Below, piece by piece: positions 10,002-18,457 of a stretch of 64,000 bases of DNA. How positions within the stretch are numbered: the first letter of the stretch is position 1; every line of letters starts with the position of its first letter. The position numbers were made by a program, and so were the translations under genes. The notes under the pieces were generated by a model. The model searched no databases. It was not told where the DNA came from and saw only the letters and a list, made by a program, of their open reading frames with translations. Source of the DNA: an uncultured Eubacteriales bacterium (GTDB taxonomy: Bacteria; Bacillota; Clostridia; Oscillospirales; Acutalibacteraceae); NCBI GenBank assembly GCA_900315605.1, contig OMZU01000003.1:12057-76056 (forward strand), given 5' to 3'.

Positions 10002-10673
10002 ATGAAAATGGAACAATTACTGGCAAAGAATCTTTTTGATTACAGCAAAACTATAGCAAAGCCATTGCTTGAGAGCATTGATTTTCCGTGGGAGGCTCTG
10101 CCAAAGATCAGCGAGTTTATTATTGAGCTCGGCAAGACCCTTGACCCCGAGGTTTTTGAGCAGAGAGGCGAAAATATTTGGGTTGCCAAGAGTGCTAAGG
10201 TTTTCCCCACCGCTTATCTGGGCGGTCCTCTGATTATCTGTGAGGACGCAGAGGTAAGGCACTGCGCGTTTATTCGCGGCTCGGCGATCGTCGGAAAGGG
10301 CGCGGTTGTAGGCAACTCTACCGAGCTGAAAAACTCGATCCTCTTTGACTGCGTTCAAACTCCGCACTACAACTACATAGGCGACAGCATTTTGGGCTAT
10401 AAGGCTCACACGGGTGCCGGAACGATCACATCTAACCTGAAAAGCGACAAGAGCCTTGTCACCGTTTTGTGCGACGGCGAAAAGCTGGACACCAACATCA
10501 AAAAATTCGGCGCGATGCTCGGCGACTATGTTGAGGTCGGCTGCAACAGCGTGCTGAATCCCGGCTCGGTCATCGGCAGAAACACCAGCATCTATCCGCT
10601 TTCGTTTGTAAGAGGATATGTTCCGGAGGACAGCATCTACAAGCGTCTGGGCGAGGTTGCCGAAAAGGTTTGA
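10002..10673 (+). CDS. Hexapeptide-repeat (LbH) acyltransferase resembling the GlmU C-terminal domain only
   Basis: VGNSTELKNS, PHYNYIGDSILG, GAGTITSN, GCNSVLNPG; no nucleotidyltransferase domain. Confidence 0.8.
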   Translation: MKMEQLLAKNLFDYSKTIAKPLLESIDFPWEALPKISEFIIELGKTLDPEVFEQRGENIWVAKSAKVFPTAYLGGPLIICEDAEVRHCAFIRGSAIVGKGAVVGNSTELKNSILFDCVQTPHYNYIGDSILGYKAHTGAGTITSNLKSDKSLVTVLCDGEKLDTNIKKFGAMLGDYVEVGCNSVLNPGSVIGRNTSIYPLSFVRGYVPEDSIYKRLGEVAEKV

Positions 10674-10696
10674 TTTTCACACAAATAAAATACCAT

Positions 10697-10736
10697 AAAA
10701 GAACACCGACCCCAAAAGCTGAGGTCGGTTTTCTTT
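10697..10736. terminator. Terminator hairpin, copy 1 of a direct repeat
   Basis: aaaagaacaccgacc ccaaaagctg a ggtcggttttcttt. Confidence 0.85.
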
Positions 10737-10753
10737 ATGTAATTTATTGTTTT

Positions 10754-11398
10754 TTATACGAAATCATCCGGATATGAACCGTTTAAAAGACTTTTCAGCC
10801 TTTCTGCTGTCCATATTTTTGTTGTTCGCACCTCCGGTTTTCCGTTTACTATGCTTAGAATCATGCTTTTCTCGGCTAGTGGGCTGTCTAATGAGTTGTC
10901 AAATACATACAGCTCGTCACAAATCTCAAACAGCTGAGGAAGTAAGCGCAACGCCCTTTTGTAACGATTTACTATCTTTTCAACAGGAACATCATGTCCG
11001 CCGTTAATTACACGCTTTTTCACTCGTTTTATGTTTATTGCCGGATCGTAAGTCAAAACATAAATACATATTATTTTGTACCCTTTTTCGCGAGCCTGTT
11101 TCAAAAAATCAATCTTTTCTGGCGTTGACATAACTGTCTCAAACGTAAAGCTTGTTCCTTTTGAAAGAAAATATTCTCGTGTTTTTGTCGCTATTTGAGC
11201 CGCTTCCAAAGCCTCGCAGCCCAATTCACGCTGAATCAAATCGGCGTTGATATATTCGCCGATCACCTTAATACCTGCGGTGATTGTGCTTTTACCGGAA
11301 CCGTTCGGACCGGCAAAAACCAGCATTGTAGGCACAACAGCGTTATCTGAGCTTTTTTTGGCTTCGTCCAGCTCTGTGTTCCTGCTATTTGATGACAT
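10754..11398 (-). CDS. Zeta-toxin-like P-loop ATPase/kinase (COG4185-like)
   Basis: FAGPNGSGKST Walker A, INAD, FETV, GGHDVP..I..RY motifs. Confidence 0.8.
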   Translation of the reverse strand: MSSNSRNTELDEAKKSSDNAVVPTMLVFAGPNGSGKSTITAGIKVIGEYINADLIQRELGCEALEAAQIATKTREYFLSKGTSFTFETVMSTPEKIDFLKQAREKGYKIICIYVLTYDPAINIKRVKKRVINGGHDVPVEKIVNRYKRALRLLPQLFEICDELYVFDNSLDSPLAEKSMILSIVNGKPEVRTTKIWTAERLKSLLNGSYPDDFV

Positions 11399-11402
11399 GA
11401 AA

Positions 11403-11702
11403 TTAACCTTTCGTATCTGTAAGCTTTATGTTGTTATAAGAGTCAATGTAAGCTGATTTAGGTAATTCGGCTTTTGTATCTGCTGATTTTATTGCATTTA
11501 ATACAGCCTTTTCCAATTCATCTTTGTCAAAAAACGCGGCATCCTGTTTTGGAACCGTTACATCAAACGGAAAACCTTTTTCTGCAATGAACCTGTTCAG
11601 AAAAATACTGACAGCATTACTGAGCGACAAGCCGATAGCGTTCGCTATTTCTTCTGCCTTTGCTTTTGATTCGTCATTGTATCGCACTGAAATAATTGCC
11701 AT
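11403..11702 (-). CDS. RelB/DinJ-family ribbon-helix-helix antitoxin
   Basis: ISVRYNDESK..AE.I...IGLSLS.AV.IFL..F....GFPF pattern. Confidence 0.85.
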   Translation of the reverse strand: MAIISVRYNDESKAKAEEIANAIGLSLSNAVSIFLNRFIAEKGFPFDVTVPKQDAAFFDKDELEKAVLNAIKSADTKAELPKSAYIDSYNNIKLTDTKG

Positions 11703-11743
11703 TATGGATCAACTCCTGTTTCATTTTTAACCTATTTCTTATA

Positions 11744-11773
11744 TATTGTAATACAATAATCATTATTTGTCAA
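11744..11773 (-). promoter_or_regulatory. Sigma-A promoter of the TA-like operon with overlapping palindromic operator
   Basis: TTGACA-17-TACAAT on minus strand; palindrome TATTGTA-A-TACAATA at 11744-11758. Confidence 0.8.
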
Positions 11774-11810
11774 CTGTTGCAATATAAATGCTTATTTTTA
11801 AGTGCAGCTA

Positions 11811-11852
11811 AAAAGAACACCGACCCCAAAAGCTGAGGTCGGTGTTCTTTTA
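11811..11852. terminator. Terminator hairpin downstream of adhE, copy 2 of the direct repeat
   Basis: 33 bp identical to 10697-10729, then 1 mismatch and 6 further matches. Confidence 0.88.
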
Positions 11853-11888
11853 TTATTAGAGGTCTATTTTTTTGAAATCAACGGTTAA

Positions 11889-14510
11889 TTATACCGATTC
11901 TCCGTTGTTTCCGTAGTATGCGTTAAGATACATCTGCTTGATTTCCTTCATGAGCGGATATCTTGGGTTTGCACCGGTACACTGGTCATCAAACGCCTGC
12001 TCGGTCATTTCATCAAGCGAATCGAGGAATACCTGCTCGTCAATGTCGTATTCCTTGATCGAGCTCTTTATGCCCACTCTCGCCTTGAGCTCGTTGATCG
12101 CCTTGATAAGGTTTTCAACGCTCTCCTTATCGTCCTTGCCGGCAAGACCGAGATATCTTGCGATCTCGGCGTAACGCTCCTGAGTATGCGGATGGTCATA
12201 CTGCGGGAAGGTGCCCATCTTTGCCGGAACCTCGGATGAATTGAAGCGGATGACCTGCTCGATCATGAGCGCGTTGGCAACGCCGTGTGCAATATGGTGG
12301 AACGCTCCGAGCTTGTGCGCCATTGAATGGCAAACTCCCAGGAACGCATTTGCAAACGCCATACCTGCCATTGTTGCCGCATGAGCAACCTTTTCACGCG
12401 CAAACGGCTCATTCATACCGTTGTCGTAGCAAGCCGGCAAATACTTGAAGATCACGTCAAGTGCCTTGAGCGCGAGACCGTCGGTAAAGTCGGTCGCGAG
12501 CATTGAAGCATAAGCCTCAAGCGCGTGGGTAACTGCGTCGATACCCGAAGCAGCCGTGAGTCCCTTTGGACCGCTCATCATATTGTCGGCGTCAACGATC
12601 GCCATATTAGGCATGAGCTCATAGTCCGCAAGCGGATATTTTACGCCTGTTTCCTGGTCGGTGATTACCGCGAACGGAGTTACCTCGGAGCCTGTTCCGG
12701 ATGAGGTCGGAATAGCAACGAAATATGCCTTTTCTCCCATTTTGGGGAAGGTATAGATTCTCTTGCGGATATCGGAGAAGCGCATCGCCATATCCATAAA
12801 ATCAACCTCGGGATGCTCATAGAGCACCCACATGATTTTTGCCGCGTCCATAGCGGAGCCGCCGCCCAGCGCGATGATAACGTCGGGCTCAAATTTTCTC
12901 ATAACCTCTGCGCCCTTTTGAGCGGAGAGAAGCGACGGGTCGGGTTCAACGTCGGCAAAGGTTGTGTGAACGATGCCCATTTCGTCGAGCTTGTCGGAAA
13001 TCGGCTTGGAGTAGCCGTTTTTATAAAGGAAGGAGTCTGTTACGATAAAGGCTCTCTTCTTGCCCATAACGTCCTTAAGCTCCTGAAGAGCAACAGGCAT
13101 ACAGCCCTTTTTGATATAAACCTTTTCAGGTGCTCTGAACCAAAGCATATTCTCTCTCCTTTCGGCAACGCTCTTTATATTAAGAAGGTGCTTTACTCCA
13201 ACGTTTTCACTTACCGAGTTGCCGCCCCATGAGCCGCAGCCAAGCGTAAGCGAAGGAGTTAGCTTAAAGTTATAGAGGTCGCCGATTCCGCCCTGAGAGG
13301 ACGGTGTATTCACGAGAATACGGCAGGTTTTCATTCTTGCGGCAAAGACGTCGATCTTGTCCTTTTGGTTGATCGCGTCAATATATATTGACGAGGTGTG
13401 GCCATAGCCGCCGTCGGCAACAAGCTGCTCCGCCTTGCCGAGTGCGTCCTCAAGGCTCTCTGCCTTATACATTGCAAGCACCGGAGAAAGCTTTTCGTGA
13501 GCAAATTCCTCGCTGATATCAACCGACTCGACCTCGCCGATAAGGATCTTGGTTTCCTCGGGAACCTTTACGCCGGCAAGAGCCGCGATAGTTACCGGAC
13601 GCTGACCAACGATCTTGGCGTTGAGCGCGCCGTTGATGATGATCGTCTTTCTTACCTTTTCTTTCTCGTCGTCGTTAAGGAAGTAGCAGCCGCGCGCCTT
13701 GAATTCCTTTTTGACCTTGGCATAAACCTTCTTTTCAATGATAACGCTCTGCTCGGAAGCGCAGATCATACCGTTGTCAAAGGTTTTTGAATGTATGATA
13801 GAGTTTACGGCAAGAAGAATATCCGCAGATTCGGTGATTATCGCCGGCGTGTTGCCTGCGCCAACGCCGAGTGCGGGCTTGCCGCTTGAATATGCAGCCT
13901 TTACCATTCCGGGGCCGCCGGTCGCAAGGATGCAGTCCGACTCCTGCATGAGCATATTTGTCAGCTCAAGCGAGGGAACGTCGATCCAGCGGATAATACC
14001 CTCGGGTGCGCCTGCCTTGACAGCAGCCTCAAGAACGACTCTTGCCGCCTCGATGGTGCTCTTCTTGGCGCGGGGGTGGGGGCTGATAATGATTCCGTTG
14101 CGGGTTTTAAGACAAAGAAGAGCCTTAAAAATCGCAGTAGAGGTTGGGTTTGTGGTTGGGATGACCGCAGCGATAACGCCGATAGGCTCGGCGATTTTTT
14201 TGATTCCAAAGACCTTGTCCTCTTCGACGACGCCGCAGGTTTTTACATCCTTGTATGTGTTGTAGATATACTCCGAGGCAAAGTGATTTTTGATTACCTT
14301 GTCCTCCGCAACGCCCATGCCTGTTTCCTCAACAGCCATCTTGGCAAGCGGAAGGCGCGCCTGGTTAGCCGCTGTTGCCGCCGCAAGAAAGATTTTGTCA
14401 ACCTGCTCTTGGGTATAGGTCGAAAATTTTCTTTGAGCCTCTCTCACCTCAGCGAGAGCAAGTTCAAAGCTTTCTGCGTTTTCAACAATAGGATACTCTT
14501 TATTGCTCAT
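11889..14510 (-). CDS. adhE: Bifunctional acetaldehyde-CoA/alcohol dehydrogenase
   Basis: PTTNPTST, ATGGPGMV, FDNGMICASEQ, LGGGSAMDAAK, GVCHSMAH; 873 aa. Confidence 0.98.
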   Translation of the reverse strand: MSNKEYPIVENAESFELALAEVREAQRKFSTYTQEQVDKIFLAAATAANQARLPLAKMAVEETGMGVAEDKVIKNHFASEYIYNTYKDVKTCGVVEEDKVFGIKKIAEPIGVIAAVIPTTNPTSTAIFKALLCLKTRNGIIISPHPRAKKSTIEAARVVLEAAVKAGAPEGIIRWIDVPSLELTNMLMQESDCILATGGPGMVKAAYSSGKPALGVGAGNTPAIITESADILLAVNSIIHSKTFDNGMICASEQSVIIEKKVYAKVKKEFKARGCYFLNDDEKEKVRKTIIINGALNAKIVGQRPVTIAALAGVKVPEETKILIGEVESVDISEEFAHEKLSPVLAMYKAESLEDALGKAEQLVADGGYGHTSSIYIDAINQKDKIDVFAARMKTCRILVNTPSSQGGIGDLYNFKLTPSLTLGCGSWGGNSVSENVGVKHLLNIKSVAERRENMLWFRAPEKVYIKKGCMPVALQELKDVMGKKRAFIVTDSFLYKNGYSKPISDKLDEMGIVHTTFADVEPDPSLLSAQKGAEVMRKFEPDVIIALGGGSAMDAAKIMWVLYEHPEVDFMDMAMRFSDIRKRIYTFPKMGEKAYFVAIPTSSGTGSEVTPFAVITDQETGVKYPLADYELMPNMAIVDADNMMSGPKGLTAASGIDAVTHALEAYASMLATDFTDGLALKALDVIFKYLPACYDNGMNEPFAREKVAHAATMAGMAFANAFLGVCHSMAHKLGAFHHIAHGVANALMIEQVIRFNSSEVPAKMGTFPQYDHPHTQERYAEIARYLGLAGKDDKESVENLIKAINELKARVGIKSSIKEYDIDEQVFLDSLDEMTEQAFDDQCTGANPRYPLMKEIKQMYLNAYYGNNGESV

Positions 14511-14618
14511 AGTTCTACCTCTTATCCTTTTATCCGTCCCTTCCGTGCAAGTCCGCGGTGCTTTTCGCGAGCCTGCACGGGATAGGTTTTGCTTTTCTAT
14601 ATATTATATAATTTTAAA

Positions 14619-15344
14619 TTAAACTTCTTCAAAGTCAAAGCCGTGCTGCTTTGCGTAGTTGATGCCGTAAGAGCCTGTGGGAGCTATTATCTTGATCTTG
14701 TTGGGGCAAGCGTTGAACGCGTTGTCGGCAATATTAGTTACCGAACCGGCGAGAGTTACCTCCTTAAGATTCTGGCACTCCGAGAAGGTGTACTGGTCGA
14801 TCGAAGTAAAGGTCGTGCTGTCAGGAATTTTAATGCTTGAGATTCCTGTGCCGGTAAATGCATAAACGCCGACAGACTCGATCGTTTCGGGGAACTCGAT
14901 AGCTTCGAGAGCCGGGCAGTTAAAGAATGCGTCCGCGCCGATTTTCTTTACCTTGTTTGACATTTTTACTGTTTTGAGCTCAGGGTTGCTTGCAAAGCAG
15001 TAGTCCTGGATCTCTGTTACTGTATCGGGGATTTCAACGCTCTTGAGCTTTTTTTGCTGGAACACGCTGTTGCCGATGACCGAAACGGTGTAGTTATTAA
15101 AGGTTTCGGGGATCTTGATGTCCTGAGCGTCGCCGTCGTATCTTGTGATCATCAGCTCGTTGTTGCTGAGTATAAAGTAGCCGAACTGGTCGTCCTTGAG
15201 ATCCGGCTCGGTTGTCGGAACCTCATAACCCGGCTGAACCTTTTTGTTTGATTTTGAATTGTCCGAGCAGCCGCAGCCTGCAAAAGCAAATGCTGTTGTT
15301 GCGCAGAGTGCGCACGCAAGAAGTGCGCAAAAGAATTTCTTCAT
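14619..15344 (-). CDS. BspA-like leucine-rich-repeat lipoprotein
   Basis: Signal peptide with FAGC lipobox, repeated IPDTVTEI..F / I...AF..C..L LRR_5 units. Confidence 0.85.
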   Translation of the reverse strand: MKKFFCALLACALCATTAFAFAGCGCSDNSKSNKKVQPGYEVPTTEPDLKDDQFGYFILSNNELMITRYDGDAQDIKIPETFNNYTVSVIGNSVFQQKKLKSVEIPDTVTEIQDYCFASNPELKTVKMSNKVKKIGADAFFNCPALEAIEFPETIESVGVYAFTGTGISSIKIPDSTTFTSIDQYTFSECQNLKEVTLAGSVTNIADNAFNACPNKIKIIAPTGSYGINYAKQHGFDFEEV

Positions 15345-15670
15345 TTTTTTGGATCCTTTCAAAAATGTTTTTGTCGATGAGCTCTTTCGACACATACTAT
15401 TTTATCATTGTTGTCAAAAGCTTGTCAATGGTTTTTGCACATTTAATTTCTTTTTTCGGGATTCATGACTATTATTCATAACGCCAAACAGGATCAAAAG
15501 TGCCGTCAAGACAAAAGTTACAGATACTTTATCGGACAAGGCTCAGAAATCACCGCGCGATTTTTTTAACAATTTGTAAATATTTTCCAAGTTATTATTC
15601 TTATTCGGAATCAAGACATGAAACAACCCTTAAAAATGCCTCAAAAATGAGTTTTCTTAAAAATTAGGGG

Positions 15671-15699
15671 TTGATTTTTGAAAACAAAGATGATATAAT
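15671..15699 (+). promoter_or_regulatory. Sigma-A promoter giving a ~190-nt 5' leader
   Basis: TTGATT-17-TATAAT; RBS GGAGG and ATG at 15896. Confidence 0.75.
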
Positions 15700-15895
15700 T
15701 GTTACAAATTTGTTATCAAACAGTTTTGCGCTTCACAGCATCAGCAGCTTGAATCATACCTGTTTGGTAATAAAAGTGCAAGCCAGAGCCGCTTTTATCA
15801 ATCGGGCGGACAGGCAACACAAACGTATAGTAAGCGCGACGCTGCGGCTAAACAGCCCACAGCGTTTATTATACCATACTTTGGAGGTAATAACA

Positions 15896-17464
15896 ATGCA
15901 GAGGTTTAAAAAGCTCACTGCAATGATTCTCAGCGTTTTGACTGTTTCGGGCACAGGCGTGTTTGGGGCTGCGACCCAGGCAAGCGCGTCGGGAACAGGC
16001 GCGGGACTCGCGGAGTGGGCACTCAACGCTTATTACAGCAACTGGGAGTACGTCTACGGCGGTTCAACTCCGGGCACTGTCGATTGTTCGGGTCTTATCT
16101 GGACCTACTGCGGCGGTGAGAGAGTGGACATGCTCGGTGCTTCCACAGAATCCGGCTCGGTTGGCGCGGGTATTCCGAGGGTTCACGGTCTCGGACTTTG
16201 GAGACCCGGTCACGTCGGCGTTTATATCGGCGACGGCATGGAGGTTGACGCAAGAGGCGACGAGTACGATATGTGCTACGAAAGCCTTTCATCCTCATAT
16301 ATGGGCTGGAACTGCTGGTTTAAGCATTCGGCTGTATCCTATGTCACCGAAGGCTGGGAGCAGTTTAACGGAGACTATTTCTACTATGAAAACGGCGAGT
16401 ACATTGTAGACACGTCGAGAACGATCGACGGAACGACCTACTACTTTGACTCTAAGGGACGTTCAAGCACAACTCCCTCCGACATGTCATCAACATCGTC
16501 GGACAGCAAGCAGGAAGAAAGCTATTCTTCAGATGATTCGGAGCCCGAGGAGGCTTCAACATCCAAGCCGTATGAGGTCTACAAAAACGGCTCGTCGGGC
16601 GAGGAAGTCAAGAACATCCAGAACCGCCTTGCAGAGCTTGGCTACTACAAGGGCGAGATCAGCGGCGATTTTGACGACGCAACAGAGGCAGCCTACAGAC
16701 AATTCCAGATGGCAGCAGGACTTCTTGTTGACGGGATCGCAGGCTCAGACAGAGAGGTTCTCTATTCCGGCGAGGCTCCTTACTACATAGAGGAAGAAAC
16801 CACAACGGAACCTGAAACATCTGAGGAAACAACCGTTCCCGAAGAAACCGAACCGGCAGTTGAAAGCATTGCAAAGCTCGGCGACGAAAGCGACACAGTA
16901 AAGGCGATCCAGGAGCAGCTTGCAAAGCTCGGCTACTTTGACATCGAGATCTCAGGCACTTTCGGCGAATACACAGAGCAGGCTATCAAAAACTTCCAGC
17001 TTGCCAACGGACTTTTGGTAACAGGTATTGTTGACGAAGAGACCTACAACGCACTCTTTGCTCAGACAGTAGAGACAAATCCTTATACCGAACCCGAAAC
17101 AGAGGAAGAAGCTACGGTTGACGTTCAGTCAGGTCCGTCACAGCTTCCGGCTTCGGTAACGGCTTCCGATTTGATCCTTTCAAACGAAACCAATCAGGGC
17201 TATTCGGACACAGCAACAGAAGTTGTAAGAAAGACAAACATCGTGACCGAAAAAGCACTTTCAAATTCATCTTCCGTGATCCCCTCCGTTGCTACAGCAA
17301 AGGTCAAGAGATCGGCAAATATTTGGATTTGGTTTGTGCTTGTTGCAGTTATTCTTTGCGCACTTTCGATTGTATTCTTTGTTCGCGACAAAAAGACAAC
17401 GCGCTATGAAAGATACAAAAAGAAAAAACACGCAGCAGCATCAAACCTTAATACAAGATGGTAA
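15896..17464 (+). CDS. Membrane-anchored cell-wall hydrolase: NlpC/P60-like domain, cell-wall-binding repeat, two PG-binding domains, C-terminal TM
   Basis: YVYGG..DCSGL..GHVGVYIG; GW...GDYFYY..G; two V..IQ.RL..LGY..G.F...T..A...FQ...GL..GI modules; hydrophobic stretch plus basic tail. Confidence 0.8.
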   Translation: MQRFKKLTAMILSVLTVSGTGVFGAATQASASGTGAGLAEWALNAYYSNWEYVYGGSTPGTVDCSGLIWTYCGGERVDMLGASTESGSVGAGIPRVHGLGLWRPGHVGVYIGDGMEVDARGDEYDMCYESLSSSYMGWNCWFKHSAVSYVTEGWEQFNGDYFYYENGEYIVDTSRTIDGTTYYFDSKGRSSTTPSDMSSTSSDSKQEESYSSDDSEPEEASTSKPYEVYKNGSSGEEVKNIQNRLAELGYYKGEISGDFDDATEAAYRQFQMAAGLLVDGIAGSDREVLYSGEAPYYIEEETTTEPETSEETTVPEETEPAVESIAKLGDESDTVKAIQEQLAKLGYFDIEISGTFGEYTEQAIKNFQLANGLLVTGIVDEETYNALFAQTVETNPYTEPETEEEATVDVQSGPSQLPASVTASDLILSNETNQGYSDTATEVVRKTNIVTEKALSNSSSVIPSVATAKVKRSANIWIWFVLVAVILCALSIVFFVRDKKTTRYERYKKKKHAAASNLNTRW

Positions 17465-17554
17465 TAAGTACCGTTTGGCACTCTTCCTCACCTTTGAAAA
17501 CCGATTATTGACCGGTAGACATCATCAACGGTGAGGCTAAAAAAAGAACATATC

Positions 17555-17597
17555 AAAAACCGTGCTTTTTGTATTACACAAAACAGCACGGTTTTTT
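17555..17597 (+). terminator. Intrinsic terminator after hydrolase gene
   Basis: aaaaaccgtgct...agcacggtttttt. Confidence 0.8.
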
Positions 17598-17733
17598 ATT
17601 CAAAGAATTAGATTGGTGATAATCCAAGCAACGGTTGCCCGAAAATACATTCATCTGAAAATAACGTTTTGGGGTAATCTTTTCTTGAATTTCCGCTTGT
17701 TTTCTGCCCGGCTTAAAACGTCAAAACTGCCTA

Positions 17734-17762
17734 TTGAGAATCCGACAGAATTATGATATAAT
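17734..17762 (+). promoter_or_regulatory. Sigma-A promoter of the R-M operon
   Basis: TTGAGA-17-TATAAT. Confidence 0.7.
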
Positions 17763-17815
17763 CATTAAAGACTTAAATTCAAAAGTGCCATTTAGGCAGA
17801 GGGAGGGAAAATGAG

Positions 17816-18457
17816 ATGGGAGATATTGCTATTAATACTGAAGCTTATAAAGCCATACTCGATTTGTCTGACAAATATGCAGCTGATTTAAAAAACCAAA
17901 TTGATTTGCGTACAGAAGAAATGAAGAGCGATGATAAATCTCATTATCTTATATATAAAGTACTTGGCGTTTCCGACAAAGAAGGCAACCTCATAGATTT
18001 GTATCAAAACAAAGGGCGTTTTCTTTACAAGTATGCAGGAGCGTTTTTAGAAGAAGCCGCGATGTATTGTATCAAATACAAGTATCCCGAAGCCGTTAAA
18101 TCAAAAATACCAAATACTGTCGGAGCCCGTCCAAAAACCTTTGAAATAGACTGTCTGGTCGGAGATAAAGCACTCGAAATAAAATGGCGTGACGCTACGA
18201 CAGACGGCGATCATATAACAAAGGAGCATACTCGTGTTAAGGTCATAAAAGAGAACGGATATATTCCGATAAGAGTGATGTTTTATTATCCTCAAAGGCT
18301 GCAAGCGCAAAAAATACAGGAAACCTTGGAAACGCTGTATAAGGGAATTGGCGGAAAATATTATTACGGCGACTATGCCTGGAATTATATAAAGGAATTT
18401 ACGGGGATCGATTTGCTCGAAATATTAAAGCAAATTGCAACCTCACGCAACATTTGA
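17816..18457 (+). CDS. Type II restriction endonuclease, ApaLI-like family
   Basis: HYLIY.VLG, YQNKGRFLYKYAG.FLE, FEID..EIKWRDATTDGDH PD-(D/E)xK core; next to an MTase; AT-rich. Confidence 0.8.
   Translation: MGDIAINTEAYKAILDLSDKYAADLKNQIDLRTEEMKSDDKSHYLIYKVLGVSDKEGNLIDLYQNKGRFLYKYAGAFLEEAAMYCIKYKYPEAVKSKIPNTVGARPKTFEIDCLVGDKALEIKWRDATTDGDHITKEHTRVKVIKENGYIPIRVMFYYPQRLQAQKIQETLETLYKGIGGKYYYGDYAWNYIKEFTGIDLLEILKQIATSRNI

Noticed and set aside
14511-14618. Rex operator upstream of adhE
   Set aside because: No TTGTGAA-N4-TTCACAA-like palindrome seen
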